The notes beneath the pieces are model-generated. The model was not told where the DNA came from. It worked only from the letters and a program-made list of their open reading frames with translations, and made no database searches. The translations under genes and the position numbers were made by a program. Below are positions 10,323 to 21,104 of a DNA stretch of 64,000 nucleotides, piece after piece. Location: NCBI GenBank assembly GCA_963662435.1, contig OY759598.1:2264507-2328506 (forward strand). Reading direction: 5' to 3'. The first letter of the stretch is position 1. Each line of letters starts with the position of its first letter. The DNA comes from Dehalococcoidia bacterium (GTDB lineage: Bacteria; Chloroflexota; Dehalococcoidia; Lucifugimonadales; VXLM01).

Positions 10323-10939
10323 ACATCCCTCTTTGTCACGAAAACGGCCCTTTAATCACTCCTACTACTGTTTCGCAGCGTTGTTGGGTGACGCGTCGCT
10401 GGGGTCTCCCGCACTAGCCCGGAGCTATCGCCCCGAAGGGAGTGGGCCAATCCTTAGCAAGAGTTGACATAGGTCTGGCTAAACTCAAAAACCGGAGCTT
10501 CCAAATTCGTCCGACTCGCTATGTAGCTCATACGCCAAGCCGAGATACTCAAATCCAATGACTTTCGTCAGTTCTCAGTACCAAGAGGTACACCGACTTC
10601 TGGTCTCTTGCCTTCTAGCAAGGGGCTATATTGCGGGATGGCCTTGCTCTGGCATCACCTGCACTTGATAGTCGGACTGTTAGCGGACTTGTGACGATGA
10701 AGGGATGATTGTTGACTCTATTTGCCCATACAATGGCCCCTGCACTACTCGTCGCGCTCCGACTAATGCCGAAGGTGCGAGGCGCACTCCCTAAGGATGG
10801 CCAGTTTCATCCGAACTCGTGAGGTGCGGTAAAGGACGACAAGCCCGTCTCACGGACGGACTGAAGTATAGAGACTGACTCAGGACAGTCCAGTCGTCCG
10901 CGATCACAGTTGTCAAAGGGTTAGCGAAAAGGAGTCGAG

Positions 10940-12052
10940 ATGATTATTGACGGACACGCATACTGCTTCCCCGCGAGAGACGAGGCGGGAGGTTACGCCT
11001 CGGTAGACGAGAGGTGGCGCGAATTTCAGCGTGAGCTTGGCGGACACCATCAACCGGTGTGGCGGGTCCGAGACCGGGTTATCGTCGACAATTCCACTCT
11101 CATCGACCCAAAGACCAGTGAGCTTCAAGATATCCAGTTTTCAGTACACAGAAACCGATTCACATGGGACTTCGAGGGCGAGACATACACTAAACAGTAC
11201 TACCCTCCGATGCTGTACAGAGGGGAGGCGCCGGCTGAATTGTTGATTAGCGAGATGGACTATGCCGGCATCGATATGGCCTTGCTTCACACCTCTCCCC
11301 AGCTTGGACGCCTCAATGAGTATCTTGCGGATGCCGCCTTTCAGTTTCCCGACCGGCTGCGGTGGCTGGTCAATGTACCGGAGGCCCACATCGCTGACGA
11401 CCCCGACGCAGCGGTGGTCGAAGCGGCTCGGTGGCTGGCGACAGATGGTGCATCCGGGTATCAATTTCACTCTAAGTTCTACTACCTCGGCGGGCAAACC
11501 GAGCCGTGGGATTCCGCGTCTATGCGTCCATTCTGGGACGTCATAGCGACTCCAGGAGCGACCATTTACTTCACGTTATTAGGTGCGCGAGAGGAGTCAA
11601 GATATACGGTGGCGGAGCGAGCGACGTACGTCGAGGAATTGAAAACGCTGGTACGCTGGATGGAGCGATATCCCGATGTCACCGTCGTGATTACTCACGG
11701 ATTTCCATGGAGAAGCTACGTCGAGGATGGTCGCATCGTACTGGCGGAGGATCTCTGGGAGGTATTCGAGGCTCCCCAGTGTCACCTTCAGTTGCTCTTT
11801 GCCATACAGTTGGGCAATCTATTCGAGTACCCATGGACCGAGACGGAGTCGGCCTTGCAGCAGTGCGTAGAGCACATTGGCGCAGATAGACTCATTTACG
11901 GCACGGACATGCCTATGGTCGGCCGGTTTTGCACCTATCGCCAAACCCTGGATCAGTACCTCAATCACTGTGACTTTCTATCCGAGGATGAGCGCCAGGC
12001 AATAGTCGGGGGAACGGCGGCTAGGATTTTGGGTATTGATACGCAATCCTGA
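10940..12052 (+). CDS. Amidohydrolase-family (Amidohydro_2-like) metallohydrolase
   Basis: N-terminal IIDGHAY, EMDYAGID, VVITHG, GADRLIYGTDMP and IVGGTAARI motifs; AGGAG RBS upstream. Confidence 0.85.
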   Translation: MIIDGHAYCFPARDEAGGYASVDERWREFQRELGGHHQPVWRVRDRVIVDNSTLIDPKTSELQDIQFSVHRNRFTWDFEGETYTKQYYPPMLYRGEAPAELLISEMDYAGIDMALLHTSPQLGRLNEYLADAAFQFPDRLRWLVNVPEAHIADDPDAAVVEAARWLATDGASGYQFHSKFYYLGGQTEPWDSASMRPFWDVIATPGATIYFTLLGAREESRYTVAERATYVEELKTLVRWMERYPDVTVVITHGFPWRSYVEDGRIVLAEDLWEVFEAPQCHLQLLFAIQLGNLFEYPWTETESALQQCVEHIGADRLIYGTDMPMVGRFCTYRQTLDQYLNHCDFLSEDERQAIVGGTAARILGIDTQS

Positions 12053-12677
12053 AGTGCTCGATGGCTCTGGCGCTGTAGTAGACTCCGACATGTCATCAAA
12101 TGAAGGGAGAGTCGCTGGATTCGCGGGCGGGTACTTCTGGTACGGGAGCCAAAAGAGTCAATTACTATCTGAGCTCTAGCGACAGTGCTGCTTCGAGTTG
12201 GTAACGAGGCTGTCCGAGGCCGAAATCGCCTAAGCATGACCGACGATTAGGAAAGATGACTACAACTCGGAGACGGTCAGCAAAAGTTGGGTGGCCGCTT
12301 TTGTTTGCTCAGGCGTGAAGGGTCCCATTACGATCCCTTTGATGGCTAGGTCATTGATTTTGTTGCTAACCCTGCGGGCCGCCAACTGTCGATTCCATGG
12401 TTAAGTCCCTATTTCATGCCCACAGTAGGGAAATGGTAGGACTGGGGACGGTACCTGAGAGTTACACCAGCGGGAGCATGGGACTCGATGCAGGGCTCAT
12501 CGCCTGAGAACCTCTCGAATGAGATGACCAGGTTCATGACGACAAACCCTAGCTAGGTTCGAAAAGCGCCCAACTAGACATTCTGCTGATTGTCACCGAA
12601 GACCCTGGGTTACGCTCTCTTGCAGGGGCAAGCAGGCTGCCAGATAATGGTGCGACTCCGCTCAGTGAGGATTACCG

Positions 12678-13610
12678 ATGGTACGACTGGCGCTGGTAGG
12701 CTGCGACACAACGTCTGACTACGTGGCGGTGTTGCCGAGAGTAAGGAATGCGGAAATCGTCGCAACAGTCGATGACGATGTTGACAAGGCGAGGTGGGCC
12801 GCTGAATCCCTCGGCGCACAATCGCTCGCTTCAATCGACAAAGCGTTAGCCGCTGACCATATCGACGCCATTCTTGTCCACGTCCGCGACGGAGGATCAG
12901 TCGCACTGCAAGCTGCCAACACCGGTAAGCACGTATTCGTCGCAGGTATACCAGGTTCGTCAGTAGCGCAAGTGGACGAGGTAATGAGTGCGTCCGAATC
13001 TGCCGGGGTCAAGGTCATGGTTGGCCTTGCGACCAGGTACCTACCTTCGCAACAAACGGTAAAGAACGCGATTACAAGCGGAGACCTGGGCGAGCTCGGT
13101 CTCGTTCGCATTCACAGCTGGGAGGCTGGAACGAATGGCGCGAATGCCTTCGGGCGCGTCACATCGGAGATCGACGTTGCCATTTGGCTATTCGAGGCGC
13201 TGCCCAGCGAGGTCTACGCTACAGGTCGCAGCGATGACTACCTGCAGGTGCATCTCGGTTTCCCCAGCGGCGGTATGGCACTGATCGACTACGCAACCTC
13301 GCTTCCTGACGGCGGAAGGTACTTCTCGCTCTCGGTCATCGGCTCCACTGGTGCGGCCACTGCCGACGACCACCACAACATGAACCTTATCTACCGTGGT
13401 GGGAAGCCGCTGGCAGTCACTAGTGGGCAAGGCATCAGCCATGCCCGGGCACAGCTACAGGAGTTCGTCGATGCAATCGACGAGCAGAGATCACTAGCCC
13501 CGTCGGGTATCGATGGGCGCAACGCCCTCCTGGTCGCGGATGCGGCGGGAAAGTCGATTGCGTCGGGTCGCAGTTTCAAGTTGGAGGGAGGTGCGTATGA
13601 GCTCGCCTAA
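12678..13610 (+). CDS. Gfo/Idh/MocA family oxidoreductase (degenerate motifs)
   Basis: RLALVGC Rossmann start, GKHVF, ATRYLP..GDLGEL and family-type C-terminus; the usual EKP motif is not conserved. Confidence 0.8.
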   Translation: MVRLALVGCDTTSDYVAVLPRVRNAEIVATVDDDVDKARWAAESLGAQSLASIDKALAADHIDAILVHVRDGGSVALQAANTGKHVFVAGIPGSSVAQVDEVMSASESAGVKVMVGLATRYLPSQQTVKNAITSGDLGELGLVRIHSWEAGTNGANAFGRVTSEIDVAIWLFEALPSEVYATGRSDDYLQVHLGFPSGGMALIDYATSLPDGGRYFSLSVIGSTGAATADDHHNMNLIYRGGKPLAVTSGQGISHARAQLQEFVDAIDEQRSLAPSGIDGRNALLVADAAGKSIASGRSFKLEGGAYELA

Positions 13611-14709
13611 CAGGGCGGAAATGTTGAGGGTGGCGGCTCTCAGCGCGGTCAAGCACGGTTACGTGCCGGAAGGGGTACACGCTCATCCTCGTTTCGAGGT
13701 TGTGGTCGTCGCCGACGACGCCGACCGACCTGATTGGACGCACGAGCGAAATCAGAAGCTGGCCGATGACCTCGACGTGCCATACGTTCGCGATGTCGAA
13801 AAAGCACTCACCGAGTTCGACGTGCAAATAGCCGTCGTGAGCTCGGAAGCCGAGAGACACTGTGACCTGAGCGTTCGCGCTGCGGACAAAGGCCTGCATA
13901 TTGTGCAAGACAAGCCGATGTCCACTTCGTTGTTGGAATGCGACCGGGTGGTTGAGTCGGTAGAGCGAAATCGTGTGAAATTTCTGATGTGGAACCGAAA
14001 CACCATGCCTGCCGTCCTTCAAGCCCACGAAGCAATCAAGAGTGGGGCCATAGGCGACCCATACGCAGTGCACGTGGACTTCTATTTCGCGAAAGACGCG
14101 GGGCCACGAAAGACCACGAACGAGCCCGGAAACCCGCCCATCAATTGGTTGGAAGCCCTTAAGGCGGCCCACGCCGATGGCGGCGACGGCGGAGTCGGCA
14201 GCAAGCCGATGGGAGAGCTAGAAATCGAGGGCATTTACCCATTGGCACACGTGCTCATGCTGACTGGTGCGAAGGTAAGCAAAGTATTCGCGCGGACCGC
14301 CTCACACTTCCACCAGCGAAACGTGGACAACGACATCGACGATCTTTCGACCGTGACTCTCGAAATGGACGGAGGCGTACTCGGAACCCTCTCAATGGGC
14401 CGTACCGGCGCGGGCAGTCATCCCGACAGTGGCGGAATCAAGATTCACGTCCTTGGCTCGAATGGCGCTCTGGTATTCGACGAGCCGAGCCCCGAAATCA
14501 TGGTGTTTCATCGGGGTATCACGATTCAGAATTCCATTCATCAACGCATTGGCGGTGAGTACGATTTCCTCCTCATGGAGGACTTCGCAAACGCCATCGA
14601 TACCGACGGGGATACGATGCTCAACGCCCGGGCCAGCCGGGACATAGCCGCGACGGTCGAAGCTGCAATCGAGTCGGGAAAGACCGGCATGCCAGTAGAC
14701 GTGCGGTAG
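13597..14709 (+). CDS. Gfo/Idh/MocA family oxidoreductase
   Basis: GLHIVQDKPM, GAIGDP, GELEIEGIYPL and C-terminal AAIESGKTG.PV; start at ATG 13597 after a GGAGG RBS, overlapping the upstream gene. Confidence 0.88.
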   Translation: MSSPNRAEMLRVAALSAVKHGYVPEGVHAHPRFEVVVVADDADRPDWTHERNQKLADDLDVPYVRDVEKALTEFDVQIAVVSSEAERHCDLSVRAADKGLHIVQDKPMSTSLLECDRVVESVERNRVKFLMWNRNTMPAVLQAHEAIKSGAIGDPYAVHVDFYFAKDAGPRKTTNEPGNPPINWLEALKAAHADGGDGGVGSKPMGELEIEGIYPLAHVLMLTGAKVSKVFARTASHFHQRNVDNDIDDLSTVTLEMDGGVLGTLSMGRTGAGSHPDSGGIKIHVLGSNGALVFDEPSPEIMVFHRGITIQNSIHQRIGGEYDFLLMEDFANAIDTDGDTMLNARASRDIAATVEAAIESGKTGMPVDVR

Positions 14710-15519
14710 CTACGGCCTCGGTCGAATCTCGTGATTCATCGCCCATTCAGGGTACAGATTGTAGATCTCGGCACCCGGATACGGCAGGCCGAGAGGCTGC
14801 GGCGGCACCTTGAGTACGCGGGGGCGACCAAGCATTGCGGTGAAGCCGTACTGGAGTCCGGCGGAGCGTAAGGTGCGTGCCGATGGCACGTTGAACGGCG
14901 CCGTCGATGCAACGATCAACTTGCCCTGATCGAGAATCCACCGTCCGGCAGCACTCACGACTGCCTTACCAAGCCCGGCGCCTCTCGCGTCGCCAAGTAC
15001 ATCCATCCCGACCTCAAGCATCGGATCGCCTTCGTCGCGAACACCGGCAATGGCGATGATTCGCTCACCGTCCTTGATGGCGAAGCCGGCTATCGCGTCT
15101 TCAGGGAACGAGTGCCAATATAGATCGCCGTCGATCTCTCGCATCTCCTCCGGAGTAAGACGGACAACATCATCTCGTTCAGGTGGTCGCCAGGTCAGCT
15201 CATCCGCAAACATGAACCACGAGATGCCCCAAACACCAACTCCTTCGGGCAAAGTGACACGCGAAAGGTCATAGGTGCCCAGCGTCGAGAAGATCATGTC
15301 GGTGGACTGTCCCCGCACTATCTTTCGTATCGGCTGGACCCAGTCGGTTCGGCAAGCGATCACCGCCCGCTCGCCAATTTTGCATCCCCAGAGAGGAATG
15401 CCATCGTATTCGGGCGGATGAGCTACGACGCTCGTCTCACGGTCGCCAAAGGCGTCAAGGGAGGCTCCTATGGTCCTCTCAATCCATGGCTGGACCTCTT
15501 CCACAAGCGTTTCGTTCAT
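14710..15519 (-). CDS. GNAT-family acetyltransferase-like protein (C-terminal GNAT domain)
   Basis: LEVGMDVLGDARGAGLGKAVVSAA (acetyl-CoA motif A) and NVPSARTLRSAGL. Confidence 0.75.
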   Translation of the reverse strand: MNETLVEEVQPWIERTIGASLDAFGDRETSVVAHPPEYDGIPLWGCKIGERAVIACRTDWVQPIRKIVRGQSTDMIFSTLGTYDLSRVTLPEGVGVWGISWFMFADELTWRPPERDDVVRLTPEEMREIDGDLYWHSFPEDAIAGFAIKDGERIIAIAGVRDEGDPMLEVGMDVLGDARGAGLGKAVVSAAGRWILDQGKLIVASTAPFNVPSARTLRSAGLQYGFTAMLGRPRVLKVPPQPLGLPYPGAEIYNLYPEWAMNHEIRPRP

Positions 15520-15915
15520 TGTCAAACCCCCTACTAAGCCACCTTCATGATCTCGCGGCCCCAGACGACCGTGCTGTTCTCACCGCCGTGTGCACGCTCT
15601 GTCTGGCCTAATTCGTCGACCCGGTGTGCTTGATGGACGAGGGCCAGCTTCTCGACACCGATGCCCCGGGCTTATCGGCCTTAAGGGTACTCTCACAGTC
15701 CGTCGAGTTTGGCGGAGCTAGTGAGAAGCGCACAGGCATCACCCAAGAATTCGATGTCTCAAATATCGGCATTGAGGCGATTGATCGCAACACCCTCAGG
15801 GTCAGCGGCCACGACTACTCTGTAGTATGGCGCATATCTGAGAATTGTCCGGCGAGCGAACCCAATCGCCTGCCCATTTAATTGCCCGCGGGATCGGGAG
15901 CCACCAGAGTTCTTG

Positions 15916-17082
15916 CTACGCCCGGCTGGGGAGACGCTGGGGCATCAGGCCCATCTCCCTCCGTACACGCTTCGGGAGGTCGTCGTTCACAGACTCGCCG
16001 GCGATGACCTTGAGCGACCGGTCTTCGAGTGGGAGATTGACCTTTACGCCGCCTCGCCTGTGTGATTCACGCAGGGCGATGGCGATCTCCAAAGCCTTGA
16101 GACCATCTTCACCCGAGACCTTCGCGTCTGTGCCGTTTTCGTGCGCCTGAATCAAGTCTTCGATGATGTTGAATCCCGTGCCCTTCACCTGTGGCGGTAG
16201 GGGAATTGGATACCGCACCGGCATAGGGGATTCCATGCGAGTTGAAGGGCCTCTGTACCCCTCGCCGTAGGGCATGGGTGCGCCGTGTCGAATCAGGTCG
16301 AACTGTGCGGGGTGCTCCTGGCAGTAGATTTGGCCGTGCTCCCCGATCACGGTGAAGTTCGAGCTATTCGTATCGCCGCACTCCCAGGCTCGCATGAATG
16401 CCCGAACGCCGTTGTCGAACGCCAAATAGCCGTTGAAGTTGACGTCTTCGTCGGTTGCGGCGGCCTCATCGGACTCGATCTCGCCGAACACCCACTCAAC
16501 CTCGCCTCCGGCCAAATAACGGACGGTATCGATCAGGTGGCTGCCGTTACCCGACAAAGCAGTCGGGAAGTGTGCCGTTACCTGCAACACCTTACCAATC
16601 TGGCCGGTGTCTATGAGCTGACGCGCCTCGCTGTAGCCGTCCATCCACCGGCGGGCGCAGTTTACCGCGAAGGTCACCCCCTCATCTCGGCACACTCTGA
16701 CCATTTCATCGGCGTCTTCCAGGCTCAGTGAAATGGGTTTCTCGGCCCAGATGATCTTGACACCCGCGCGTGCGACGTCCTTGACGATGTCGGGGCGAAT
16801 GCGAGCACTCGTCGTAACGCTGACGATGTCGAGGTCTTCCTTTTCGAGCATCTTTGTGTGGCTGGTATAGAGACGCTCATTTGGCACACTCCAACGCTCG
16901 CCGAAGATGCTCCGTTGCTCGTCGTGCGGGTCTGCGCCGGCGACCAAATCGATTTCCGGATGATAATGGTACGTCGGCCCGTGACAATATGGACGAAACA
17001 ACGAGCCGCCTTCGGCCATTTCATCATCGAAGGTGCTGCCCATACGCCCTAACCCGATCACTGCCGCCTTGTACTTTGTCAC
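15916..17082 (-). CDS. Gfo/Idh/MocA family oxidoreductase
   Basis: KAAVIGLGRMG, WAEKPIS, NGSHLIDT; probable GTG start at 17082. Confidence 0.9.
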   Translation of the reverse strand: MTKYKAAVIGLGRMGSTFDDEMAEGGSLFRPYCHGPTYHYHPEIDLVAGADPHDEQRSIFGERWSVPNERLYTSHTKMLEKEDLDIVSVTTSARIRPDIVKDVARAGVKIIWAEKPISLSLEDADEMVRVCRDEGVTFAVNCARRWMDGYSEARQLIDTGQIGKVLQVTAHFPTALSGNGSHLIDTVRYLAGGEVEWVFGEIESDEAAATDEDVNFNGYLAFDNGVRAFMRAWECGDTNSSNFTVIGEHGQIYCQEHPAQFDLIRHGAPMPYGEGYRGPSTRMESPMPVRYPIPLPPQVKGTGFNIIEDLIQAHENGTDAKVSGEDGLKALEIAIALRESHRRGGVKVNLPLEDRSLKVIAGESVNDDLPKRVRREMGLMPQRLPSRA

Positions 17083-17164
17083 TCGTGACGCTCCTGACTT
17101 TGCCAAGTTCGTGGACAATATCAGCACCCCTATATCAGGTCAAGCCGGCATGGCCTAAATCAGT

Positions 17165-18502
17165 TTAGGGAATATTCTCGAAGGCGTGGAAAGCGAAGCT
17201 GTAAACGGAGATGCCGGGCTTGTTTACGCGGAGTTGTAGCTCGTGTGAAGAGAACTTGTCGAGTGCCACCAAGTCATACAGGTCGGGGTGATCGACCAGG
17301 ACGTAGCTGTTGCCCTCGGCGTCGAATTGAATGTCGGCTCCGGCCTGTTCCGGAGTAAGCGGCCCGCCGTCCATCGTGATTCGCACCTCATGGGGCTCGC
17401 CGTCGTTTGCCATGACAACTTTCACGCCCTTCGCTAAGAACCGAATTGCAAGGTAGTCATCGTAGTCAGGTGAGTCTACGATGTGGTCAAGACTCTCCTC
17501 GGTAGCGAACCACTGGCCGTTGAGGTACAGGTACTGGTTGATGTGCGCGTCGGGGTCGTCCGTGTATTCATTGTTCGAGTCCTGCACCTGGTAGTAGTCG
17601 CGGTGTTGTATATACGGCGGAGCGGAGCGGAGATTACCGGTCATCACCTGTGCGATCGCCTCATAGTTGAGGTTGGTGCCCGTATACAGTCGGCGCGTGA
17701 GGCTCATATTGAAGTCCTCGTTGAACGCACCGTCCACGATCTTGGGGTCGGGATCATCACTGACAGGTACGCTGCTCAAGTCGGAGCCTGTCTCGGTCAG
17801 TAGATCTCGAATCTCGCCCTCGACCTCCCGGTATCCTCCATCCCCGAATTGGACGCTGTTGAACCTACCGTTCTTGTCGATGATGTACATCGTCGGACGT
17901 ATGATTCCGCCGTACTCGGCCCACGAAGCCAGGTCGTTGTCGACCGCGATAGGGAAGTCGAGATCGTCCTTTGCGATGGCAGCTTCAAGGTTGGCACGAT
18001 CTCTCTCAAATGCGAACTCGGGGGAGTGAATGCTGATAGTTACGAGGCCGTGTGGCCCGTACTTCTCTCGCCACTCTTTGAACTTAGGCACAGTTCGCAG
18101 CCACATGTCGTTTGTGTAGCTAAAAAGGTGCACTAGCAGCACCTTCCCTCTTTGAGCTTCTACGCTTATAGGATCACTGTTGATCCAGGCACTGATGCCA
18201 ACCACTTCGGGAGCAAATCCGATGTCTGCGTCCAAAGGCGTGACCTGAGACCTAAAGGCCTCAGGCGGTTGCTGGGTGGGGAGCGGTTCCAGAGGCGCGA
18301 GGGATGGCTGTTGTTGGGCCGTTACAGGAGTGTGCGTAGGCTCGGGAGACCCAGCAACGGTGGTGGGCGTCGGCGTGACGATAGGGCCACGAGTCGGTGC
18401 TCCGGCCGGTTCATCGCCACCGCCACATGCCAACACAACTATGCTGAGCGTGCCGATCAGAATCGGCACAAGTGACGTTAGCATGTTTCTCGTTGCGTTC
18501 AC
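17165..18502 (-). CDS. DipZ-like lipoprotein (redoxin domain plus DipZ C-terminal beta domain) lacking CxxC
   Basis: Lipobox VLAC and Pro/Thr linker; WINSDPIS..RGKVLLV..HSPEFAFER..FPIAVDND..IDKNG..FGDGGY; C-terminal LYDLV..HELQL..GISVYSFAF. Confidence 0.8.
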   Translation of the reverse strand: MNATRNMLTSLVPILIGTLSIVVLACGGGDEPAGAPTRGPIVTPTPTTVAGSPEPTHTPVTAQQQPSLAPLEPLPTQQPPEAFRSQVTPLDADIGFAPEVVGISAWINSDPISVEAQRGKVLLVHLFSYTNDMWLRTVPKFKEWREKYGPHGLVTISIHSPEFAFERDRANLEAAIAKDDLDFPIAVDNDLASWAEYGGIIRPTMYIIDKNGRFNSVQFGDGGYREVEGEIRDLLTETGSDLSSVPVSDDPDPKIVDGAFNEDFNMSLTRRLYTGTNLNYEAIAQVMTGNLRSAPPYIQHRDYYQVQDSNNEYTDDPDAHINQYLYLNGQWFATEESLDHIVDSPDYDDYLAIRFLAKGVKVVMANDGEPHEVRITMDGGPLTPEQAGADIQFDAEGNSYVLVDHPDLYDLVALDKFSSHELQLRVNKPGISVYSFAFHAFENIP

Positions 18503-18714
18503 TTGTTCTCCCGAACTCGTACCAATCGGGTGTGATATCCCAATCTGGGCGGAGACTTGGCAAGTAGCGCCAACGCCTTACGCGCACCTGTATTAATTTA
18601 CGTTCAGGTGCCGAAAGAGTTAGGGGCTAGTGTAGATTCTCGATACCTGATGGAACGCATCCCACCCGAACCAAGTATTGCTGGCTTGTGGAATCGGCAC
18701 ATTACTCTTGCGTC

Positions 18715-19761
18715 TCAAGAAGTAGCAACGGCCTCAGCGTAGCCTTCGGCCCTAATGCAGGCAACGCCATGATCCCCGTCCACTGCCCGCAGTTGGGGCA
18801 TGGCAGTCTTGCACTCGTCGATGGCAATCGGACACCGGTTGCTGAACACGCACCCTGGAGGTGGGTCCATCGGGCTAGGAACGTCGCCGGTCAGGGTGAT
18901 GCGCTGCCTCTTGGCTTCCAGTGCGGGGGAGGGCACCGGGATGGCCGACAACAACGCCTGCGTATACGGATGTAGTGGATTATCGTTCAGGGACGCACTC
19001 TCTGATATCTCGACGATATGCCCCAGGTACATGACTGCAATGCGGTCGCTGACTAGTCTCACCACGGAAAGGTCGTGTGCTATGAATAAATACGTCAGGT
19101 CAAACTCTTCTTGAAGGTCCATCAGCAAGTTGATGACCTGAGCTTGTATGGACACGTCGAGAGCCGACACCGGCTCATCCAGCACCATGAAACTGGGGTT
19201 GACCGCCAATGCGCGGGCGATACCTATGCGCTGTCGCTGACCACCGCTGAACTCGTGCGGGTAGCGCTCGGCCATGAATGGGTTCAAGCCGACAATGCTG
19301 AGAAGCTCGGATATTCGATCATCGAGCTCCTGCTTCGATTCAGTCAACTTGTGAATGTTGATGCCCTCGCCGATGATTCTTCCGGCGGTCATACGAGGGT
19401 CAAGGGAGCCGTAAGGGTCCTGGAAAACGACCTGCATCTTGCGACGAACGGGGGAAAGTTTGTTGCCCTTGAGGTCGTTTAGTCGCTGGCCCTCGAACAT
19501 GATGTCCCCATCGGTGGCCTCATAGAGTTGGAGGATTGCGCGGCCTGTCGTGGTTTTACCACAGCCGCTCTCGCCGACAAGCCCTAGCGTCTCGCCACGA
19601 TTGATAGAAAAGCTGATATCGTCGACCGCTTTGACCTCAGCGACCTGGCGTCGGAAGACAATGCCCGATTTCACGGGGAAGTAGACCTTCAGGCCCTTGA
19701 CCTCCACTATCGTGTCGGTTGTCTGTGTATCCTGTTTGGCAGCTTCAGTCGCCTGGGTCAA
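18715..19761 (-). CDS. oppF: Peptide ABC transporter ATP-binding protein (OppF-like)
   Basis: GESGCGKTT, FSGGQRQR, LDEPVSALDVSIQAQ, GCVFSNRC. Confidence 0.95.
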   Translation of the reverse strand: MTQATEAAKQDTQTTDTIVEVKGLKVYFPVKSGIVFRRQVAEVKAVDDISFSINRGETLGLVGESGCGKTTTGRAILQLYEATDGDIMFEGQRLNDLKGNKLSPVRRKMQVVFQDPYGSLDPRMTAGRIIGEGINIHKLTESKQELDDRISELLSIVGLNPFMAERYPHEFSGGQRQRIGIARALAVNPSFMVLDEPVSALDVSIQAQVINLLMDLQEEFDLTYLFIAHDLSVVRLVSDRIAVMYLGHIVEISESASLNDNPLHPYTQALLSAIPVPSPALEAKRQRITLTGDVPSPMDPPPGCVFSNRCPIAIDECKTAMPQLRAVDGDHGVACIRAEGYAEAVATS

Positions 19762-19771
19762 TTCGTCCTCC

Positions 19772-20770
19772 TCAACGTGCTCCGGAGGATGCTACGTCAG
19801 CCAAGTCTTCGGCGCGCCAGCATCTGGATTCGTGGGAATCTCCAACGCTAAAGAGATCCGGAGTCTCTTCGAGGCATTTGTCAATCATGAATCTGCATCG
19901 CGGTGCGAACGAGCAGCCAGGAGGCAGGTCGATGAGATCGGGTGGCAAACCGTGGATAGGGTCGAGCCGCGAACCGATCTCGGCATCAACACGAGGTACG
20001 GACGACAACAGCCCAAGAGTATATGGGTGTCGCGGGTTTTCATAAATGTCGCGCGACGTCCCAGACTCGATGACCCTGCCCGCATACATGACGACAACCT
20101 TCATCGCGTACCGGGCGACGACGCCCAAGTTGTGCGTGATGATGATCATTGCTGTTCCGAGCTCCTCAGACAAGCGCTGCATGAGCTCGAGAATCTGTGC
20201 CTGGATGGTCACGTCGAGAGCCGTCGTCGGCTCATCGGCAATGATGAGCTTCGGGTCACAGCTTATTGCCATTGCAATCATCACGCGCTGCCTCATGCCG
20301 CCGCTCAATTGGTGTGGGTAGCTCTTCAGACGTTGCTCGACATCCGGAATGCCGACCAACCCGAGAAGCTCTCCCGCCCTGGTCCATGCCTGCTTCTTCG
20401 TCATGCCGAGGTGGAGCTCTAACGGCTCGGTGATCTGCCGACCAATGGTCAGCACCGGGTTTAGGAAGGTCATCGGTTCTTGAAAAACCATTCCGATTCG
20501 ATTGCCACGGACGCTGCGCATCTCGTCTTCGGTTAGTTGCAGCAGGTCTTGTCCATCGAAAAGAACCTGGCCTCCGACGACGTTGCCGGGCGGACTCGGT
20601 ACGAGGCGCATGATGGAGAGGGCGCTGACGCTCTTGCCGCAACCGCTCTCACCCACGACACCGACGAATTCACCTTCCTCGACTGTATAGCTAATCTTGT
20701 TGACGGCCTTGACGACACCATCTGGCGTCTGGAATTGGGTTTCAAGGTCTTTGATCTCTAGGAGCGGCAT
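19772..20770 (-). CDS. oppD: Peptide ABC transporter ATP-binding protein (OppD-like)
   Basis: GESGCGKS, LSGGMRQR, ADEPTTALDVTIQAQ, GCSFAPRC. Confidence 0.95.
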   Translation of the reverse strand: MPLLEIKDLETQFQTPDGVVKAVNKISYTVEEGEFVGVVGESGCGKSVSALSIMRLVPSPPGNVVGGQVLFDGQDLLQLTEDEMRSVRGNRIGMVFQEPMTFLNPVLTIGRQITEPLELHLGMTKKQAWTRAGELLGLVGIPDVEQRLKSYPHQLSGGMRQRVMIAMAISCDPKLIIADEPTTALDVTIQAQILELMQRLSEELGTAMIIITHNLGVVARYAMKVVVMYAGRVIESGTSRDIYENPRHPYTLGLLSSVPRVDAEIGSRLDPIHGLPPDLIDLPPGCSFAPRCRFMIDKCLEETPDLFSVGDSHESRCWRAEDLADVASSGAR

Positions 20771-21104
20771 TATTATTGGAGCTTTCGTTTCCCTTTTTCG
20801 ATTCTATGGTGGCGCGCCGGGCGCTGGCGCATGAACCGCCAAATTGTAAGCGAGACACACGCGCGACGCAACAGGACGCCCTAGCGATCCGGTCGTTTTA
20901 GGCATACGCTGGCTGCTGCCAAGAACTGTGCGAACATTCTCAAATGGTAGTCGATCCACGAGTTCCGTTGTAGCAGCATCGTAGGAATCCTGCTTCCTCC
21001 TGGCCAGTCTGGCGATGTGAGTGAGCTTCCTCTAAGGCGCGATTTCGTGCTGAACTCAATGTAGCTACGTGTTCGGCACTACGGGTAGCCTAAGCACAGG
21101 CCCC

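Noticed and set aside
10323..10939. Long intergenic region as a possible ncRNA or small gene
   Set aside because: No convincing ORF, known RNA motif or strong structure seen by eye.
12053..12677. Weak hairpins near 12280-12310 and 12405-12445
   Set aside because: Imperfect stems with no recognisable riboswitch or terminator features; compatible with chance.
15624..15881. 85-aa plus-strand ORF between two minus-strand genes
   Set aside because: No RBS or family similarity recognised; it could be a remnant but is not supportable.
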